DNA of 64,000 nt from Thermoanaerobaculia bacterium (lineage in GTDB: Bacteria > Acidobacteriota > Thermoanaerobaculia > Multivoradales > UBA5704). Of this stretch, positions 51,501-60,415 are shown piece by piece. The DNA lies in the NCBI GenBank assembly GCA_044226625.1, contig JBGAGQ010000018.1, positions 33,616-97,615 on the forward strand. The letters are read 5' to 3'. The notes beneath the pieces were generated by a model. It saw nothing but the letters and a program-made list of their open reading frames with translations. It made no database searches and had not been told where the DNA came from. Made by a program: the position numbers and the translations under genes. Every line of letters starts with the position of its first letter. The stretch's first letter is position 1.

Positions 51501-54087
51501 GGGCTCCGCTATGACGGGCGGTGAACGGAGGTCGGGCGGCGGCGTGGGGTCGGAACAGCGGCCAGGCGTAGCGTCCGTTCTTCGGATTGAACCGGACCTC
51601 CGGCCGAACGCCCGGCGCCGTCGATTTCCAGTTCGCCATCGGCCGGGTTTCCTCCGGCTCGCCGAAGACCTGATAGGTCGCGTCGGCGCTACCGGCGGTG
51701 ACCCAATCCCAGACTGTCGCGTCGTTGTTGTCGAGCCGCACGCCCTGCGGGGGTAGCTGGTCGGCGATCCAGGACGAGAGCTTCACCTGGGTGAGCGGGT
51801 TGGTGAACGAAGAGTCGGCGACGATCGTCCGGTTCCAGTCGACCTTGACTCCGATCAGCTGGCCCGCGGAGACGCCTGAAGCCGGGGGCGTGTTGGACGG
51901 AGCCTCGTCGTCATCGAAGACGTTGTTCGCCTGGAACAGCCGCGGCTCGACGAACAGCGCGTGGCCGTGGATGTCGTCTTCCGCCGTCTGGGTGGTCGCG
52001 AAGACGCGCCAGAACGACCACATCCCGGCGATGTAGTGGTGGCCGATGTGGCAATGGAAGAGGTATTCGCCTTCTCCCTGCTGACAACCGCCGGCACCGC
52101 ACTCGCTCTCCATGTTGTAGGAGCCGCCCGGCCCGATCGACTGCGAGTCGAGATGGATCGACTTGTTGTCCGCTTTCGGAACCTTGGTGAGGCCGCTCCA
52201 GAAGTTGTTGTTCGGGTCCGCGTCCGGGTTGCGCCGCCAACGGTCGCCGCCGCCGTGCAGATGGTGGACGTGGAACACCTCGGCTCCCGCGTGCATGACC
52301 CGCATCTTCGTCGCTTCACCCAGATACGAGCGGGGGATCGGCGTCGGCGGATCGCCGAACGGATACGAGGCGTACCCGAGGGCCTTGCCGTTGCGGATGC
52401 TGCCGACCGCGGCCCCGTTGACCAGGTTCGACAGCTCGATGCGACGACGGAACGGCTCGCTGCGATAGTTGATCGCGCGCGCGCCGATCCGGTAGACGCC
52501 GGAGAGAGCGGCTCCGTCGAGATGGGGCAGGATCGCCCCCGTGAAGTCGAACAGGGCGCGGAAGTTCTCGTGCCCGAACTCGTGGTACATGATCACGAAC
52601 TCGCGGAAGTTCTTCCCGTCCGGACGGTTCGCCAGGTTCGGATCGATGATGATCGCTTCCCAGGAGCTGCCGGTCACCGTGTCGAGCGGCGCGCCGGTCT
52701 CGACGTCCAGGTAGGTCGAGCCTTCGGGCTCGACGACGAGTGCGCCGAAGAGTCCCATCCCTTGGCGTTCACGGAACCGGTTGCGTCCGCCGTTGTTGAG
52801 ATTCGAGGTGCCGGCCCCGTGGTCGTGGAAGTAATAGGCGCGCTCGGCGCCCGGATCCTTCGGGATCGGGATCTCGTAGGTCAGCGTCTGGCCCGTGGTC
52901 GCGTAGCTCACCGGATTCGCGCCGACCGCACCGCCGGCGTTGGCGACCGTGTATGACAGGCCGAGAAGATGGAGCGAGGCAGGGAAGCCGTCGGTCACGT
53001 CGTTCGTGAAGTGGATCCGTACGCAGTCGCCCATGTTGGCGCGGATCACTAACGGTTGGATGGGATCCTTGCGCAGGCCCGGGGTCACCCGGGTTAGACC
53101 GGGCTCGTCGAGGTTGACGTTGCCGGTCGCCGCCAGGCGCGCTCGCGAGGCGGTCAAAGCCGATTCGAACGCGCGAATCGACGGGATGTTGGCCGCCAGC
53201 GCGTACATGAAACCTGGCGCGTGGTCCGCGTAGCGGTTCATCGTGATGTCGACGTTGATCGCGTGGACGTCGAATTCCTTGACCGGTCCGCCCGAGGTGC
53301 AGGCGTTGAACGGCGCGAGACCGGGTGCCACCGACTGGGCGTACGTCTTGTCGACGCCGGTGCCGTAACAGAACCAGGCGAGGGCGAGGGCCGCGACCGC
53401 TCCGGCGCGAACCGTCCCTCGTCCGTGGGCGTTCATCCACCAGCGGACGAGCGCGAGCTGGGGCGAGAGGTCGGGCTTGGGGAGGGCGCGGAACCGGCGC
53501 ATGGCCAGGCCCAAGAGCAGCAGCGGCAGCACCGCGGCGAGCTGCGTGAGCAGCGCGCCGGCCGCGGCTTCGATCCGGTATCGCATCGGCACGTCGAAGT
53601 CGTCGAGGCGGCCGGCGAAGCTCGGATTTCGCAACGCGGTGAAGGAGCAGAGCTGCCGGGCCGCCGAGGTGGTTTCGTCCGGTCGGATCTGGGTGATCTC
53701 GACCTTGGCGAGGGGAAGCCCGTACTTCGTTCCCATCCATTCATGGGCGCGGTCGCGCGAAGCGACCACCGGAGCCATCGCCGCGACGAACGTCAAGGCG
53801 ATGAGGCCGGCGGTCCCGAGGACGCCGGACCACTCGGCGAGGTTCAGTCGCAATCTGCGCGACGCGAGCCTTCGGCCGAGGGCGATGACGATCCAAGCGA
53901 CCGGGAACGTGAGGGCGAGATCGAGCGCCATGTGGGCCGCGACGCCGGGCAGGCTCCAATCCACGGGGTTCATGGCCGCGCCGAGGAGGTACTCCCAGGC
54001 GACGACGGCAGAGGACAACAGGGCAGCAGGAAGCCAGGATCGAACGGGGGGTCGCGGACCTCCGTTCCACTGCACCGACCTTTCCAT
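48595..54087 (-). CDS. Very large (~1830 aa) MnxG-like multicopper oxidase with N-terminal polytopic membrane domain
   Basis: AAGGAG SD before ATG 54087. Cu motifs in permuted order: YYFHDH, HVHHLH, FHCHIGHHYIAGM, NLHSHFVQFDTQASDG, FFHTH. About 5 hydrophobic helices in the first ~250 aa. Confidence 0.82.
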   Translation of the reverse strand: MERSVQWNGGPRPPVRSWLPAALLSSAVVAWEYLLGAAMNPVDWSLPGVAAHMALDLALTFPVAWIVIALGRRLASRRLRLNLAEWSGVLGTAGLIALTFVAAMAPVVASRDRAHEWMGTKYGLPLAKVEITQIRPDETTSAARQLCSFTALRNPSFAGRLDDFDVPMRYRIEAAAGALLTQLAAVLPLLLLGLAMRRFRALPKPDLSPQLALVRWWMNAHGRGTVRAGAVAALALAWFCYGTGVDKTYAQSVAPGLAPFNACTSGGPVKEFDVHAINVDITMNRYADHAPGFMYALAANIPSIRAFESALTASRARLAATGNVNLDEPGLTRVTPGLRKDPIQPLVIRANMGDCVRIHFTNDVTDGFPASLHLLGLSYTVANAGGAVGANPVSYATTGQTLTYEIPIPKDPGAERAYYFHDHGAGTSNLNNGGRNRFRERQGMGLFGALVVEPEGSTYLDVETGAPLDTVTGSSWEAIIIDPNLANRPDGKNFREFVIMYHEFGHENFRALFDFTGAILPHLDGAALSGVYRIGARAINYRSEPFRRRIELSNLVNGAAVGSIRNGKALGYASYPFGDPPTPIPRSYLGEATKMRVMHAGAEVFHVHHLHGGGDRWRRNPDADPNNNFWSGLTKVPKADNKSIHLDSQSIGPGGSYNMESECGAGGCQQGEGEYLFHCHIGHHYIAGMWSFWRVFATTQTAEDDIHGHALFVEPRLFQANNVFDDDEAPSNTPPASGVSAGQLIGVKVDWNRTIVADSSFTNPLTQVKLSSWIADQLPPQGVRLDNNDATVWDWVTAGSADATYQVFGEPEETRPMANWKSTAPGVRPEVRFNPKNGRYAWPLFRPHAAARPPFTARHSGAPWLGEQMIPGRMDGLCANNLVHPDVFVGLKAQRFFPVSAITLPIQVTKAPVPRPPGADRSPTDPDGMLFVLNENKADVRAGLKPAEPLTLRSNVGDCVELVFTSEIPDGPLNNNWSKVNLHSHFVQFDTQASDGVIAGFSYEQSVRPYATEGRTLTAAVTPLSNTLSVTNTSRLRPGVWIGIGLGEGTCGSLLGQPYPCTEIRKIAEIPDANTIKLEQPLLLNHAAGQAVGVEFVRYNWYSDVDVGTVFFHTHVESKDWDHGLFGAHIVEPKGSTYHDPTTGAEIRSGTIADVHVPNTLLGRPVADGVNGSFREFMLFLHDQNPVVGQFDFGGGTINLRAEPWVLRPGDPAYRFSSVMHGDPYTPQVRAYAGDPVVFRGLGLVEKVGGIRVTGHRFNIERFTKNSDLRDAAYLGISERFDFALEGGAGGPKKFPGDYMYYSTLARDFESGAWGLMRVFDQPRGDLQPLPGVPAPNGSTGFPTLSQTGAPPPSLADGPGAGCPAGATRKTYDLSIADTSIIYNDTSGGVPGVSYFLNGSPVTNTRTPIVVRVNKGQCLRVNLTNLRTSRRSGLSVGELLFDPQRSYGTAVGLNYDSTVAAGATRTYEYYADKELGLTLAMNLADSDSLALGAWGGVVVEKEGSTYRSPGTLTPLPGDGTGIQADIVKNGLATREFVALIMDAEDELGQDRMPYPDEPEFATDSISYSNEPLDLRNFLLAPADVFRSPLFGDPRHVVTLPKGASLIYRVGQPWGEMPHIPTLEGHRYRQEPGMAGSEVLYGDNLAPGMTLNMEFLGGAGGDLQAPGDYLYLDREQPFVQAGLWHIVRVTGGANDTPLHANDTVTVTRVDTRPGKTTVRGVVGIKPAGDTVSRLEVFAGGQARGRCSGTRIGTVPVDTGSGRFRVDLAQPPSELCLQSPAGGIASGPTVQLVTDQTRARQALLAERQNMRRLKLEFQKKFAELEEEEGDEQ

Positions 54088-54507
54088 GCCTTCTCCTTTC
54101 TCGAAGGGCGTCCCGGACGGGAGGCACCCGGACATGGCGAAAGGGATCGAGGGCGGGCCTCGGGGGCTAGGGAAGAGGATCCCCTAAGGGCAAGAAAATC
54201 CCTTGCCGCGAAAGGGTTAGGCCGATTGTGGGTCCGAGCGAAGTGCTGCCGAAAAGCGGCTTTCGCTCGGGGGGAAGGGGGGAGGACGGATGCTTATTTG
54301 GTTTTTCAAGTATCAGACAGTAAGGAGGCTTCTGTCAATTGCGCCGTTGAGACCGTCGGTGCCGGGACGCTGCGCACGTCCCGCGAATGGGCTCTTTCGT
54401 CCCGAAGGCGCCCGAGATGAGAGGGTTTTGCGCATTTCTTCGCCAACGCTCTTTAGAAGGGAGGATCGCGGAGAATTTTCTTCGGATCTGCCCTCGGGAG
54501 AACCCAC

Positions 54508-54828
54508 ATGTCGAAGAACCGTCTCGTCGTCTTCGTCCTCTTCGCGCTCGGCACCCTGGGACTCGCCGAAGTCGCCTCCGCCTGCGACCAGCAGTGTCAG
54601 GTGGTGAGCCCCCCGTTCTGCCGGCGTTGTGTCGACACCGGCAGCTTCACCGGGCAGACCTGCCAGAACAGCGGTTCCTGCGGTTGCTTCTACACGCAGA
54701 ACACCTGCGGTGGGCTGTCGGCTTCCGCCGCTCCCGCCGAGTCGCTCAAGTTCCTGGCGGCGCCGAGCGCGACCTCCACCGAGGCGTCCTCGACCTTCGA
54801 TCTGGGCCTCGCGCTGGCGGGCCTGTAG
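54508..54828 (+). CDS. Small secreted cysteine-rich protein
   Basis: GGGAG SD, signal peptide ending ASA, and 8 Cys within the first ~42 mature residues. Confidence 0.75.
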   Translation: MSKNRLVVFVLFALGTLGLAEVASACDQQCQVVSPPFCRRCVDTGSFTGQTCQNSGSCGCFYTQNTCGGLSASAAPAESLKFLAAPSATSTEASSTFDLGLALAGL

Positions 54829-54837
54829 GGAAAGGGA

Positions 54838-54867
54838 GAGCCCGGCCGGAACCGGCCGGGCTCGTTT
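54838..54867 (+). terminator. Probable terminator
   Basis: GAGCCCGGCCGG-AA-CCGGCCGGGCTC followed by GTTT. Confidence 0.65.
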
Positions 54868-54997
54868 CCTCGGGCGGCGTTCCGCGCCGCGGCTTTCTCG
54901 CCGAGATCTCCCTCGTTGTAACTCTCGGGCTCGGCCGAACGCCGGAGAAGCACGGTATGTTCAGAGCCGCGCTTCGCGCCGACGAGGAGGCCGCCTG

Positions 54998-56431
54998 TTG
55001 TTGACCGAACGTTCGATCGCCGAAGACGCCCTTCGCCCACGAAGTCCGCTTCTACGTACCGCCTTCGCCTATTTCGCGCTGTTCGGCGCAGCGGTCGGCC
55101 TGTTCCTCTGGCTCGCCCGATGGGGGAGCTCGCTCGCCGCCCCGGCCCCGGCCCTCGGCGCACCCCGCTTCGGCGGGGATGGACCCGCGAGCCTCGACAC
55201 GATGTTTCACGTCCTGCTGGCGCTCGTCGTGGTGTTGATCACGGCCCGCGCGTTGGGCGCGGCGTTCCGGCGGATCGGCCAGCCGCCGGTGATCGGCGAG
55301 GTGATCGCGGGCATCGTCCTCGGACCCTCGCTGCTCGGTTGGCTCGCGCCGTCGGCCTACGGCTTCCTGCTTCCCGGGACGATCGCACCCTACCTGGGGG
55401 TGTTGTCCCAGATCGGCGTCATCCTGTTCATGTTCCTGGTCGGTTTGGAGCTCGATACGGGGACCCTACGGGATGGAACGCACTCGACGATCGCGATCTC
55501 GCACGCGAGCATCGTGGTGCCGTTTCTGCTCGGCTCGGGCTTCGCGCTCTGGCTCTACCCGCGCTATTCGACGAGCGACGTGCCGTTCCTCGTGTTCGCC
55601 CTCTTCCTGGGCGTCTCCCTTTCGGTGACCGCCTTTCCCGTCCTCGCCCGCATCCTCACCGACCAGAACCTCCAGCGCACCCCGCTCGGCACCTTGGCGC
55701 TCACCTGCGCCGCGGTGGACGACGTGACGGCCTGGTGTCTGCTCGCCTTTGTGGTGAGCGTCGCCAAGTCGCAGCTCGGCGCGGCGGCGGTGACCGTGGC
55801 GCTGACGCTCGCGTTCATCATGGCCGTCCTCTTCCTGGTCCGTCCGATCCTCCTCCGGCTGGTGGAGCGGGTCGAACGGCAGGGCCGGCTGACGCCGACG
55901 TCCACCACGCTGTTCCTCATCGCGCTGCTGCTTTCCGCCCTGGCTACCGAGAGCATCGGAATCCATGCGCTGTTCGGCGCTTTTTTGCTCGGCGCGGTGA
56001 TCCCGCACGACAGCCGCGCCGCGAGAGACCTCGCGCACCGCCTCGAAGACCTGGTGGTGATCTTCCTCCTGCCGGCCTTCTTCGCCTTCACCGGCATGCG
56101 CACCCAGATCGGCCTCGTCCGTGGCCTCGCCGAATGGGGCGTCTGCCTAGCGATCGTCGCCCTCGCGACGCTCGGTAAATTCGGTGGGAGCTACGTCGCG
56201 GCGCGCCTCACCCACATCCCGCGAAAAGAATCCGCGGCCCTCGGAATCCTCATGAACACGCGCGGCCTGATGCAGCTGATCGTCCTGAACATCGGTCTCG
56301 ATCTCCGGGTGCTCTCGCCCCAGCTCTTCGCGATGTTCGTGCTGATGGCCGTGATCACGACGCTCATGACCGCGCCGATCCTCCAACGCTTGATCGGGAA
56401 AGGCGGCGAGCCGGTCCCGAGCTCCGGCTGA
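54998..56431 (+). CDS. Cation:proton antiporter (CPA2/CHX-like)
   Basis: 'GQPPVIGEVIAGIVLGPS', 'FLVGLELD', 'TAFPVLARIL', 'AAVDD', 'MNTRGL'. GAGGAGG SD before TTG 54998. Confidence 0.92.
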   Translation: MLTERSIAEDALRPRSPLLRTAFAYFALFGAAVGLFLWLARWGSSLAAPAPALGAPRFGGDGPASLDTMFHVLLALVVVLITARALGAAFRRIGQPPVIGEVIAGIVLGPSLLGWLAPSAYGFLLPGTIAPYLGVLSQIGVILFMFLVGLELDTGTLRDGTHSTIAISHASIVVPFLLGSGFALWLYPRYSTSDVPFLVFALFLGVSLSVTAFPVLARILTDQNLQRTPLGTLALTCAAVDDVTAWCLLAFVVSVAKSQLGAAAVTVALTLAFIMAVLFLVRPILLRLVERVERQGRLTPTSTTLFLIALLLSALATESIGIHALFGAFLLGAVIPHDSRAARDLAHRLEDLVVIFLLPAFFAFTGMRTQIGLVRGLAEWGVCLAIVALATLGKFGGSYVAARLTHIPRKESAALGILMNTRGLMQLIVLNIGLDLRVLSPQLFAMFVLMAVITTLMTAPILQRLIGKGGEPVPSSG

Positions 56432-56564
56432 CGACAGCCCTTTCCTTCTCGACCCTCCGCGCGAGCCGCCCGACCCGCGAGTTTGCGGTCCGATCCCGGG
56501 AAGGGATTCCGTGCCGGGATTTCCTGCTCTACTGCGAGGCGATTTTCTCGGGAGGAGCCCGCTC

Positions 56565-58079
56565 ATGCACCCCGGACATCGCCGCCTCGGCGCTCTCGGC
56601 GCCCTGCTTCTCCCTCTGTTCGCAACCGGTGTGCGCGCGCCCGAACGCGCGTCGAGGGTTGGAGATTCGGCCTCGCGACCGAACATCGTTTTGATCGTCA
56701 CCGACGACCAAGATCTGCTCCTGGGTTCGCTCGATGCGATGCCGCACCTTAAAGAGCTGTTGATCGAGAAGGGCACCACGTTCTCGCAGGCCTACGTGCC
56801 GCTCTCGCTCTGCTGCCCATCGCGGGCGACGATCTTGACCGGCCGCTATACCCACAACCTGAAGGTCTACCAAAACTTTCCGCCCGACGGCGGCTTCGCC
56901 GCGTTCCAAGCCGAGGGGCACGAGCGTTCGACGGTGGGTATGGCGTTGCGGCGGGTCGGCTATCGGACGGCGCTGATGGGGAAATATCTGAACGGTTATC
57001 CCGATCCGGCGGACCGTTCCTTTGTGCCCCCCGGATGGGACGAGTGGTTCGTGCCCGCGGGCGGGAACCCTTACGGCCAATACAACTACACGCTCAACCA
57101 CAACGGCCGCCTCCTCCAAAGGGGACGCGAGCCGGAGGACTACCTGACCGACGTCCTCGCCCGCCAGGCGACCGGCTTCGTGGCGCAGGCCGCCGTGGAC
57201 GGCGTGCCGTTCTTCCTCTACCTGGCACCCTACGCGGCGCACAAGCCGTGCCCTCCCGCGCCGCGGCACGCGGGGATGTTTACCGGCCAACGGGCGCCGC
57301 GCACGGCGTCGTTCAACGAGGCCGACGTCAGCGACAAACCCGGTGCGATCCGCGGCCGGCGGTTGCTCGCCCCCGAGCAGATCGCAAAGCTCGACGGCCT
57401 CTACCGTCGCCGCCTGGAATGCCTCCAATCGGTCGACGAGGGGATCGCCTCTCTGGTGGAGAGCCTCGAGAGCACGGGCCAGCTCGCCAACACCTACCTC
57501 TTTTTCGTCTCCGACAACGGCTTTCACCTGGGGCAGCATCGCCTGACCGACGGCAAATACACGGCCTACGACGAGGACGTCCACATCCCGTTCGTCGTGC
57601 GCGGACCCGGCGTTCCGGCGGGAGCCACGGCCGGCGCTTTCGTTTCGACCGTCGACCTCGCGCCCACCCTCGCGCAGCTCGCCGGGACCCACCTGCGGGT
57701 CCAGCCCGACGGCCGCTCGTTCGTCCCCCTGCTGCGCAAGCCGGGCGAGACCCCCGCCGGCTGGCGCCAGTTGATCTTCCTCGAACAGTTCCATTTCGAC
57801 GACACGGGCGACCAGCCCGAAAGCGTGCTCGAACCGTCCGACGAGCCCCAGCCGGAAGAGCACGTAACCCACTACGGCCTGCGCACCGCCACCTTCAAAT
57901 TCGTCGAGTACGAGACGGGGGAGAGGGAGTATTACGACCTGATCGCCGATCCCGCCGAGCTTCAGAGCCTCGCCGGCCACCAGAGCGTGGCGCGCCTGCG
58001 GCGCTTGAGCGACCGAGCCCGCGCCCTCGGCACCTGTCGACGCGGGACCTGTCGGGCGCTCGAAGCGAGCCTGCCGTGA
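56565..58079 (+). CDS. Sulfatase (N-acetylglucosamine-6-sulfatase-like)
   Basis: 'PNIVLIVTDDQ', CCPSR (CxPxR), 'GKYLNGY', 'SDNGFHLG'. Confidence 0.93.
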   Translation: MHPGHRRLGALGALLLPLFATGVRAPERASRVGDSASRPNIVLIVTDDQDLLLGSLDAMPHLKELLIEKGTTFSQAYVPLSLCCPSRATILTGRYTHNLKVYQNFPPDGGFAAFQAEGHERSTVGMALRRVGYRTALMGKYLNGYPDPADRSFVPPGWDEWFVPAGGNPYGQYNYTLNHNGRLLQRGREPEDYLTDVLARQATGFVAQAAVDGVPFFLYLAPYAAHKPCPPAPRHAGMFTGQRAPRTASFNEADVSDKPGAIRGRRLLAPEQIAKLDGLYRRRLECLQSVDEGIASLVESLESTGQLANTYLFFVSDNGFHLGQHRLTDGKYTAYDEDVHIPFVVRGPGVPAGATAGAFVSTVDLAPTLAQLAGTHLRVQPDGRSFVPLLRKPGETPAGWRQLIFLEQFHFDDTGDQPESVLEPSDEPQPEEHVTHYGLRTATFKFVEYETGEREYYDLIADPAELQSLAGHQSVARLRRLSDRARALGTCRRGTCRALEASLP

Positions 58080-58091
58080 GTCGAGAGATCT

Positions 58092-59558
58092 TCACCCCTC
58101 GGCCACGAACACCGACTTCCACTCCGAATACGCGTCGAGCGCCACCATTCCTTGCTCTCGGCCGAGCCCGCTCGATTTCACTCCGCCGAACGGTTGCTCG
58201 ATGTGGACGCTCGAGGACGAGTTGATCGAGAGCATGCCGGTCTCGATCGCGCGCGCGACGCGGAGGGCGCGGCCGACGTCGCGCGTCCAGAGCGATCCCG
58301 AAAGGCCGTAGGGGACGTCGTTCGCGAGCCGGATCGCCTCTTCCTCGCCCGAGAACGGCGCGATGCAGACGACCGGACCGAAGATCTCTTCGCGCATGAT
58401 GCGCATCGACGGCTCGACCTGGACGTATACGGCGGGCGTGAGGTAGGAGCCGGCCGAGAGCGCCGGGTCGGCGGGGGCTTCCCCTCCGCAGAGCCGCTCG
58501 GCGCCTTCGGCCTCCCCGGCGGCGAGAAATCCTCGCACGGTCTCCCGATGGGCACGGGAGATGAGCGGCCCCATCTCGGTGTCGGCCGCGGCCGGCGCTC
58601 CGACGCGGATCGCCTGCGTCCGCTCGACGAAGCGCTCGACGAAGCGGTCGAACAGCGGCCGCTCGACGAACATCCGGCTCCTCGCGCAGCAGTCCTGGCC
58701 GGCGTTGTCGAACACCGACCAGACGGACGATTCGAGGCAGGCGTCGAGGTCGGTATCGGCGAAGATCACGTTGGCCGACTTGCCGCCGAGCTCCAGAGAA
58801 ACCCGTTTGACGCCGTCGGCGCACTGCCGCATGATTCCGGTGCCGACCTCGGTCGAGCCGGTGAATGAGATTTTCCGCACCAACGGATGGCGCACGAGCG
58901 CGGAGCCCGCGACGCTTCCCGAACCGGGCAGGACGTTCACCACGCCGGGGGGAATCCCCGCTTCGAGGCAGACTTCGACCAGCCGCAGGGCGGAGAGCGG
59001 AGTGGCGTGCGCCGGCTTGATCACGACGCTGTTGCCCATCGCGAGCGCGGGCGCGCACTTCCACGAGGTGATCTGGAGCGGGAAGTTCCACGGCGTGACC
59101 AACCCACAAACCCCGATCGGCTCGCGGAATGTGAGCCCGGTCCCGCGCGCGGCGACCGGCACGGTCTGGCCGTAGACCTTGTTGACCGCCCCGGCGTAGT
59201 ACTCGAAACAGTTGGCGGCGGCGCCGATCTCCCAGCGAGCGCCGCCCATCGGTTTTCCGACGTTCTTGGATTCGACCGACGCCACCTCGTCGAGGCGCTC
59301 GCGCAGCCGGTTCGCCACCCGTTGTAGGACTTGGCCCCGGTCGCGCGAGCTCCAGCGCCTCCACTCTCCGGAAAAGGCCGCGTGGGCGGTCTCCACCGCG
59401 GACTCGACGTCGGCCGAGGTCGCCTGCGCGACCTCGGCGATCGGCCGGCCGTTCGAGGGATCGATCACCGTCGCCGTCGAGCCGTCGCTCGCCGGAGTCC
59501 GCTCGCCGCCGATCGCGAGCCCCTCGAAGGGAATGCTTCCGCCGCGTTTTCCGCTCAT
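58092..59558 (-). CDS. Aldehyde dehydrogenase (aminoaldehyde/PuuC-like)
   Basis: PWNFP, FTGST, LELGGKS, catalytic Cys in AGQDCCA, EEIFGP. Start at ATG 59558; the longer ORF in the track is a spurious extension. Confidence 0.93.
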   Translation of the reverse strand: MSGKRGGSIPFEGLAIGGERTPASDGSTATVIDPSNGRPIAEVAQATSADVESAVETAHAAFSGEWRRWSSRDRGQVLQRVANRLRERLDEVASVESKNVGKPMGGARWEIGAAANCFEYYAGAVNKVYGQTVPVAARGTGLTFREPIGVCGLVTPWNFPLQITSWKCAPALAMGNSVVIKPAHATPLSALRLVEVCLEAGIPPGVVNVLPGSGSVAGSALVRHPLVRKISFTGSTEVGTGIMRQCADGVKRVSLELGGKSANVIFADTDLDACLESSVWSVFDNAGQDCCARSRMFVERPLFDRFVERFVERTQAIRVGAPAAADTEMGPLISRAHRETVRGFLAAGEAEGAERLCGGEAPADPALSAGSYLTPAVYVQVEPSMRIMREEIFGPVVCIAPFSGEEEAIRLANDVPYGLSGSLWTRDVGRALRVARAIETGMLSINSSSSVHIEQPFGGVKSSGLGREQGMVALDAYSEWKSVFVAEG

Positions 59559-59563
59559 CGCCG

Positions 59564-60337
59564 TCACTCCGGAGTCACGTACGCGGCGGTGATGCCGCCG
59601 TCGACCATGAAGGTGCTGCCGGTGACGAACGACGACTCCGCCGAGGCGAGGAAGAGAGCGGCCGTGGCCATCTCTTCGGCCAGGCCGAAACGTCCCATCG
59701 GCACGTGGACGAGGCGTCGCTGCCGTTTGGCCTCGGTGTCGAGGAATTTCATCAGCAGCTCGGTCTTGAGCGGGCCGGGGCACAGGGCGTTCGCCCGGAT
59801 GTTCTCGCGCGCGTGGGTCACCGCGATCTCGCGGGTCATCGCGAGGACGGCCCCCTTGCTCGCCGTGTAGGCGAGCTGCGGGGTTGCGGCGCCGACCAAC
59901 GCGACGAACGACGCCGTGTTGATGATCGAGCCGCCGCCCGCGCGCCGCAGAGCCGGAATCCCGTACTTGCAGCCGAAGAAGACCCCTTTGACGTTCACCG
60001 CCATGGTGAGGTCCCAGATCCCCTCGCCCGTCGTCTCGGCACGGTCGTCTTCGGAGAGCATGATGCCGGCGTTGTTGAACAGCACGTCGAGCCGGCCGTA
60101 GGCCTGTTCGGTCGCGTTCACCATGGCTTCGCAATCGGCTGCTTTCGCCACGTCGGCACGGCGATAGAAGGCCCGGCCGCCGGCGCTTTCGATCCTCGCC
60201 ACCGTCTCCGTCCCGGCCTCGTCGTTCACGTCGATCACCGCCACCGCCGCGCCTTCCCGCGCGAAGAGCAGGGCGGTCTCGCGGCCGATGCCGCTGCCGC
60301 CGCCGGTAATCAGGGCTATCTTGTCTTGCAGTCGCAT
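59564..60337 (-). CDS. Short-chain dehydrogenase/reductase
   Basis: TGGGSGIG, NNAG, YTASK (YxxxK). Confidence 0.95.
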   Translation of the reverse strand: MRLQDKIALITGGGSGIGRETALLFAREGAAVAVIDVNDEAGTETVARIESAGGRAFYRRADVAKAADCEAMVNATEQAYGRLDVLFNNAGIMLSEDDRAETTGEGIWDLTMAVNVKGVFFGCKYGIPALRRAGGGSIINTASFVALVGAATPQLAYTASKGAVLAMTREIAVTHARENIRANALCPGPLKTELLMKFLDTEAKRQRRLVHVPMGRFGLAEEMATAALFLASAESSFVTGSTFMVDGGITAAYVTPE

Positions 60338-60415
60338 GATGCTCTCCGAAGGGTAGGGGCGAAGCCTGCGTTTCGTGGGGATCGATTCGAAAACAGAAGT
60401 CGATGCGAGACGGCG

